DNA of 52,593 bases from the sequence record PP526029.1. One strand, 5' to 3'. The notes beneath the pieces are model-generated. The model ran no database searches and had not been told where the DNA came from. It saw only the letters and a list, made by a program, of their open reading frames with translations. Position 1 is the first letter of the stretch, and each line of letters opens with the position of its first letter. The position numbers and the translations under genes were made by a program. The stretch comes from Klebsiella phage vB_KM5a1_KLB19. Positions 48,133-52,593 of the stretch are shown here, piece by piece.

Positions 48133-48479
48133 CGTTTGAGGACACCATTCAGGTTATGAAGGCTTGTTATCAATTCGGCACCGTCATTATTTTGACAGGC
48201 CGCAGCGATTCGGTGCTTAATCTTTCCGTTCAATGGTTGCTTGACAATGACGCTGATTATTATGATTTCCTGGTGATGCGCGAGGCAACCGACAACCGAA
48301 AAGACACGATCATCAAAGAAGAGTTTTTGCGCTTCATCGGCCTGCATCGCATTACCGCCGCCTGGGATGATAGCCCGAAAGTTATTGAGCACTTCCGAGG
48401 CCTGGGCATCACAACTTATCAGGTTTGCGACTACGGCGACAACGTTCACGCTGGCTTGAAGTCTCACGGAGTGAGCTAG
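48132..48479 (+). pseudogene. 3' fragment of the HAD phosphatase gene
   Basis: FEDTIQVMKACYQFG...LKSHGVS repeated exactly, without the HAD nucleophile region. Confidence 0.8.
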
Positions 48480-49077
48480 CTTAAGGAGGAGTGCGATCAC
48501 ATCTGGGAGCGTCACAGCACTGGTGACGATTATTATGATTGCTGCGTTAGTTGCGGCAAGTCGAAGGGGATTAAATAACAATGGCAACTATCATCATTTT
48601 GAACGCGCCACCGCGCGCAGGAAAAGACACGATCTCTAACATCATCAATGAGCAATACGGCTTGCCAGTTGTGAGCTTTAAAACTCCGATGTTCAACATC
48701 GCCCGCGCTATCCTGGGCGGCGCTGATTTCGAAAACCCATTCATGATGGTTTACAACACTGATGAGAAAGACACACGCAAGCTTGACTGCCTGGGCGGGA
48801 TGACTTGCCGCGAGTTCATGATCTGGATTAGCGAAACCATCGTGAAACCGAAGTTCGGGAAAAAGCATTTCGGCTGGCTTATGGCTGACCTTCTCACCGA
48901 AATGGAAGCGGATCAGGATCTGACGATTTGCAGTGATGGAGGATTCCCTGACGAAGTGGAGGCGCTCATTGATTGCGGTCACAAAGTCAAGCTGGTACGT
49001 ATGCACCGCGAAGGCTTCGACTTCGGCAACGATAGCCGCGACTACATTGAGCTTTCGCCGGAGTACATCGCGAAGCC
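48132..49077. repeat. tandem duplication copy 2
   Basis: see copy 1. Confidence 0.9.
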
Positions 49078-49198
49078 TGGCGTTGAGGTTATGGATCTTA
49101 AGTTGCAGCACGGCTCGCCGCAAGATGCAGCCGATACGATCGCCGCAATGTTCGTGCGCCCTCATCATGTCGATTGGTCTGATGATATTCCCTGGTAA
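48581..49198 (+). CDS. deoxynucleoside monophosphate kinase-like P-loop protein
   Basis: MATIIILNAPPRAGKDTIS Walker A. Confidence 0.75.
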   Translation: MATIIILNAPPRAGKDTISNIINEQYGLPVVSFKTPMFNIARAILGGADFENPFMMVYNTDEKDTRKLDCLGGMTCREFMIWISETIVKPKFGKKHFGWLMADLLTEMEADQDLTICSDGGFPDEVEALIDCGHKVKLVRMHREGFDFGNDSRDYIELSPEYIAKPGVEVMDLKLQHGSPQDAADTIAAMFVRPHHVDWSDDIPW

Positions 49199-49272
49199 AT
49201 AGCACTTTTTGTTAAACCCTCTTCGGCGGGTTTTGTTATAGTCTCATCACACCAACAAACGAGGGTTTCACA

Positions 49273-49563
49273 ATGTCTATGAACGCAATCGCAAACATCA
49301 CCGTTGACCTGAAAGCAAAGATTCAGTACACGATCCCAGAATCCGGCACTTTCCTTTTCGCATGGGCTTATCGAGATCAGCCATTTGCCGCTACTTATCA
49401 ATGGCGCTCTGGTGAGCTTGCCGTGATGACGGATTCAGGTTACGAGATCGCAGGCGTTGGCGTGGCGGAAGAGTATTACCCGCTTCCAGATCTCAAGCGC
49501 ATCGTTGCTGGAGAAGATACCGCGTCAAAATTCATCGCTATCGTGGTGATTGATGCAGCATGA
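49273..49563 (+). CDS. hypothetical protein
   Basis: 96 aa downstream of box promoter. Confidence 0.55.
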   Translation: MSMNAIANITVDLKAKIQYTIPESGTFLFAWAYRDQPFAATYQWRSGELAVMTDSGYEIAGVGVAEEYYPLPDLKRIVAGEDTASKFIAIVVIDAA

Positions 49564-49670
49564 AAAGGCCAACATTCCACGAAGCAATGATTATTGCTTT
49601 ACTTATGCTTACGAGCGCGGCGGCATTACGCGCAATCTTATTCTTCGCATTCATACAGGGCGCAAAATGA
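49560..49670 (+). CDS. 36-aa membrane micro-protein
   Basis: ATGA overlap; MKRPTFHEAMIIALLMLTSAAALRAILFFAFIQGAK. Confidence 0.45.
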   Translation: MKRPTFHEAMIIALLMLTSAAALRAILFFAFIQGAK

Positions 49671-49831
49671 AAACTTTCCTGATATTCCTGGCTGGCGCAA
49701 TCATGCTGTCAGCAACAACCGAAGGCGTAACGCCGTTAATCGCAAGCGGCCTCATCGCCTGGGCTTATTACCGCAGCGGGCACGATGACGGATTCAAGGC
49801 CGGAAAGCGCAACATCTTAACTGGCAAATAG
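49667..49831 (+). CDS. membrane/secreted small protein
   Basis: ATGA overlap; MKTFLIFLAGAIMLSATTEGVTPLIASGLIAWAYYRSG... Confidence 0.5.
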   Translation: MKTFLIFLAGAIMLSATTEGVTPLIASGLIAWAYYRSGHDDGFKAGKRNILTGK

Positions 49832-49901
49832 CACGTTTTGTTAAAAGGGCATTCATCCTGATTGGTATAATGCCCACACCAACCACACAGAGGAATAAAT
49901 C

Positions 49902-50363
49902 ATGAATCAAGTTGCAATCTGTACTCACTCAACCGCCGCGTGCTTTATCGTTGGCGAAGCTTATGAGATTTACGCTCGCCCATTCGGTCGCGGATATTAC
50001 GTTGCGGGCAAGTGGACTGGCTACGCGTATGACACCAAAAACCCCGACACAATCGACGTGCGCGGCTCTATGGGGGTGATTGCCAGCTTCAATAAGGGAA
50101 TCGCACGCAAGAAAAAAAGCCTTCTCAAAATGCTTGTGCGTGCGCATGTGGTGTATGCAAAATCGCGTGGATGGGGTGATAGCAAAAACGGCGCTCATAA
50201 ATCCTGGAGCGGCACGCCATACAAGAGCGCGAACGATTGGGCGCGTTGCTTTGCCCTTGGCTATGACCTAAAAGCGATTGAGCAGGAAGCGGAAGCGGAA
50301 GGCCAGCCAGTTGATCAGGAGTTCGTAAACTGGTTCGTTGATGAGCAGATGAGTTATTATTGA
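49902..50363 (+). CDS. hypothetical protein (FIVGEAYEI motif)
   Basis: 153 aa, box promoter upstream. Confidence 0.6.
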   Translation: MNQVAICTHSTAACFIVGEAYEIYARPFGRGYYVAGKWTGYAYDTKNPDTIDVRGSMGVIASFNKGIARKKKSLLKMLVRAHVVYAKSRGWGDSKNGAHKSWSGTPYKSANDWARCFALGYDLKAIEQEAEAEGQPVDQEFVNWFVDEQMSYY

Positions 50364-50434
50364 TTGCTGGCGCGAAGTCCTGCATAATGCGGGGCTTCAT
50401 TCAAGCAACCACAAACCAATCAGAGGAAATCACC

Positions 50435-50866
50435 ATGAAATTACGTTGCCTTTTTGTTTCAACCTCCATGTATTCCGCCGTAGCCGCTCGCCTGTTTGAT
50501 GTTGGCGCGGAGTATCTGGCAAAGCCTCGCCCTGGTTCGCAGATTGAGGCGGTCGATATCATCACCAAAAACCCAGCGCGAGAGGGTAACGTTGTGTTAA
50601 CCGGATTCGTGAACGAGTACACCGGAAACGTTGACATCGTGGCTGGTGGTGGAATTGTCGCCACCTTCACAATCCCGAAGGCATCGCGCCTGGCTAAGTC
50701 AGAAAAGCGAGTGCCACACAAAGCAGACGGCACGGGGCAAACTGACAAGCGCCGATTCCGCCGCGTTTGCCGCCAGTATTGCAAACTACGCTTCATCAAT
50801 CCTGCGTTTACGTGCCCAGAGTCACACCGCCAAATGCAAAAGCTGGCGCGCTTCCACCGCCGATAA
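50435..50866 (+). CDS. hypothetical protein (LRCLF...FDVGAEY motif)
   Basis: ATG 50435, RBS GAGGAAA. Confidence 0.6.
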   Translation: MKLRCLFVSTSMYSAVAARLFDVGAEYLAKPRPGSQIEAVDIITKNPAREGNVVLTGFVNEYTGNVDIVAGGGIVATFTIPKASRLAKSEKRVPHKADGTGQTDKRRFRRVCRQYCKLRFINPAFTCPESHRQMQKLARFHRR

Positions 50867-50942
50867 ATAGCACGAATTGCTAAAACACGCCTGGGGTAAG
50901 CTGTTATAGTTACCCCATCGAAACGCAACGGAGCAAAACGAA

Positions 50943-51176
50943 ATGACCAACAAGCCGAAGTATATGAAAATCAAAATCACCGCTAACCAGAATCGCTTTG
51001 ATGCGGATTCACTAACCCTGGAAGAGTGCGGCGTTAAACTGGATGAAGTTTTTTACGCTGACGTTTTCAGCGCTGGGAACGCCAACATCCGTGCCAAACG
51101 AGACAATGAAGATAAATCCATTCTCGCTGGCGACAACTTGAGCGTTGAGCGTGGAGAATACGAGGTGATCGAATGA
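50943..51176 (+). CDS. hypothetical protein
   Basis: 77 aa downstream of box promoter. Confidence 0.5.
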   Translation: MTNKPKYMKIKITANQNRFDADSLTLEECGVKLDEVFYADVFSAGNANIRAKRDNEDKSILAGDNLSVERGEYEVIE

Positions 51177-51478
51177 TTTGGCTTCACACCTACGGGATCG
51201 GAAAGTTCGGGCGTAAGATCCGAAAGAGCATTCACACCAGCGAGCAAGAGGCGCTGGATTCTCAAAAAGTTTTAGGCGGAACCGTTGAGCGCTTCCATAG
51301 TGATGAGGATGTGGCAATCAACAACTATCACGCCGCAAACGCATTGCGCCAGGAAATGAGCGACATTATCGACGATTTCAGCAAGTACGATCCGGCGCTT
51401 TACGGCTCCCCTGGATGGGATGCCAAAAAGCTTAAGGCGTGCAACATGGTTAGCCAGATCATAGAAGGGGATTATTGA
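51173..51478 (+). CDS. hypothetical protein
   Basis: 101 aa. Confidence 0.55.
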   Translation: MIWLHTYGIGKFGRKIRKSIHTSEQEALDSQKVLGGTVERFHSDEDVAINNYHAANALRQEMSDIIDDFSKYDPALYGSPGWDAKKLKACNMVSQIIEGDY

Positions 51479-51712
51479 ATGTTCGGACTTAGTGAAGCGC
51501 ACTGGAACATTGTGAAAAGCCAGGCTCGAAAGCTTAATGAAGCGGTTAAGGCAATGCCTGAGAAAGACCGCAAAAATGATCGTCTAATGATTGAGGTGAT
51601 CAGCAAGCACCACGAGCCGATCGCAACACTGATTGAGCGTTTAAAGTTCACCTGGACGGCTGGCTATCTTGCTGGGCGAGTTGGAAACAAAACAAATGGA
51701 GATTATGAGTAA
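51479..51712 (+). CDS. hypothetical protein
   Basis: 77 aa. Confidence 0.5.
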   Translation: MFGLSEAHWNIVKSQARKLNEAVKAMPEKDRKNDRLMIEVISKHHEPIATLIERLKFTWTAGYLAGRVGNKTNGDYE

Positions 51713-51918
51713 TGTTCACTCACTTACCGAAGAAGGGCGAAATCATCCGTTGTGATTCAGTTGTTGGGGCAGCGCCGTTTATGGTTGGCGTGCAGTACAC
51801 CGTTGAGCACATCGATCGCAAGTTGGGGCACGTTTACGTTTACGGCGACGAGGGCAATTTAGAGGCGATCGATTACCCTCACGATGCGGTACACGGAAAG
51901 TTTTCAAAAGTTAGTTGA
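51712..51918 (+). CDS. hypothetical small protein (FMVGVQYTV motif)
   Basis: 68 aa. Confidence 0.5.
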   Translation: MFTHLPKKGEIIRCDSVVGAAPFMVGVQYTVEHIDRKLGHVYVYGDEGNLEAIDYPHDAVHGKFSKVS

Positions 51919-51943
51919 CGGCATCGGCTCTGATTGGTACATT
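51915..51943 (+). promoter_or_regulatory. sigma70 promoter for structured RNA / tRNA region
   Basis: TTGACG-17 nt-TACATT with TG extended -10. Confidence 0.6.
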
Positions 51944-52079
51944 AGAACCGTAGACGAAAGAGGCGCTTAGGCGCAACGGGCAGCACGATTGCTGCACTAC
52001 AATTTACAGCGTCATTGATGGCGCTTTCATTCGGGGCATAGTGGTAAGCCCGCCGTAGACCCGTAAGCGGCACAAATTC

Positions 52080-52167
52080 GGAAGGATGGCAGAGAGGACG
52101 ATTGCGCGCGGTTGCTAACCGTGAAGCCGGAAACGGCTCAAGGGTTCGAATCCCTTTCTTTCCACCA
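52080..52167 (+). tRNA. tRNA-Ser (anticodon GCU), CCA encoded
   Basis: acceptor GGAAGGA/TCTTTCC; anticodon stem CGCGG-TTGCTAA-CCGTG; long variable arm AGCCG-GAAA-CGGCT; T arm AAGGG-TTCGAAT-CCCTT; CCA. Confidence 0.95.
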
Positions 52168-52180
52168 ATCAGAGGGTTAC

Positions 52181-52369
52181 ATGATGGTTTATTCTGTGAA
52201 GCTTACGATCCTGTTAATGGGCAGGACTTGCGCATCATGTAGGCAAGAATTCAGTTGCAGCGTTGAGGCCGAAAGCGAGCAAGACGCAGTGACGAAAGCA
52301 AAGGCACTTTCTGGAGCCGATCCAGATTTCAATAAATTTCTCGTTAACTATGTAAGGGCTAAAAAATGA
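52181..52369 (+). CDS. hypothetical small protein with CASC motif
   Basis: ATG 52181/52184 with RBS AGAGGG just after tRNA. Confidence 0.55.
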   Translation: MMVYSVKLTILLMGRTCASCRQEFSCSVEAESEQDAVTKAKALSGADPDFNKFLVNYVRAKK

Positions 52370-52593
52370 ACGTAGCATTCTTCGTTTTCGGTTTTATCGT
52401 GGCGGTTGTCCTGGTGATGTGGCGATCCTTCAAGTGGGTTAAGGCCAAAGCCAGTAAGGGCGAATATGCCTCTGTTATCTACGATCCAGTAAAGAAAGAG
52501 TATCGCGTAACCGGACAGTATGCCGGACTAGCGCAAAAGCTGGCAGATATCAGGGCAGGCCGACAGCCTGGCGCTATTAAGTACGTTGATTGA
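52366..52593 (+). CDS. small membrane-anchored protein
   Basis: MNVAFFVFGFIVAVVLVMWRSF...; ATGA overlap; ends exactly at window end. Confidence 0.55.
   Translation: MNVAFFVFGFIVAVVLVMWRSFKWVKAKASKGEYASVIYDPVKKEYRVTGQYAGLAQKLADIRAGRQPGAIKYVD

Noticed and set aside
47633-48139. 168-aa ORF as an intact second kinase
   Set aside because: Starts with unrelated translated leader sequence, lacks the P-loop and the C-terminus; treated as pseudogene
47988-48479. ORF fusing an out-of-frame kinase segment to the HAD C-terminal part
   Set aside because: Created by the duplication junction; not a credible native gene
50346-50388. Promoter with CATAAT 50383-50388 as another box promoter
   Set aside because: The expected box position does not match the consensus; only the -10 and the dyad are convincing
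52112-52180. 5' extension of the ORF beginning at 52112
   Set aside because: It runs through the tRNA-Ser gene; the RBS-preceded ATG is at 52181
1-52593. Integrase, transposase, CRISPR-Cas or toxin-antitoxin operon
   Set aside because: No convincing integrase, transposase, cas or classical TA gene found in the six-frame track

Overview
The window looks like an essentially complete, circularly permuted genome of a T1-like (Drexlerviridae-type) siphophage, opened just upstream of terS. The assignment rests on gene content and order; no database was available. The plus-strand late block (15-19362) encodes packaging, capsid, tail, tape measure and a J-like tail tip. It is followed by a minus-strand gene with a signal peptide, two minus-strand tail-associated genes, a RecE-type exonuclease/Erf/SSB module, a minus-strand S74-type tail fibre, a zinc-finger primase and an HTH protein. 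Next come helicase, VRR-NUC, Dam-type MTase, metallophosphoesterase and a lysis cassette (holin / SAR-type lysozyme / probable u-spanin). Two divergent arrays of small accessory genes flank a non-coding region at about 41.07-41.7 kb, and a tRNA-Ser(GCU) lies near the right end. Most interesting: (1) a genome-wide 15-bp palindromic box, TAGCAC-NNNN-TGCTA. Eighteen copies lie exactly 22 nt, and two lie 21 nt, upstream of a -10-like hexamer, which centres the box near -42 (class II activator geometry). Four further copies or variants overlap core elements or the start region of presumptive late promoters (major capsid, J, tail fibre, holin). At least eleven boxes supply the TAG stop codon of the upstream gene. 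Many promoters also carry locus-specific dyads around the -10. (2) A tandem duplication (47242-49077) of the 3' half of a PNK-type HAD phosphatase gene and a dNMP-kinase-like gene, where copy 1 has a 55-bp deletion removing the kinase start codon and P-loop. (3) A -1 frameshift signal, A AAA AAC, between the two tail-chaperone ORFs. (4) A scattered family of small proteins sharing an F-x-x-G-K-x-Y motif. (5) A possible iteron-like array in the central non-coding region.
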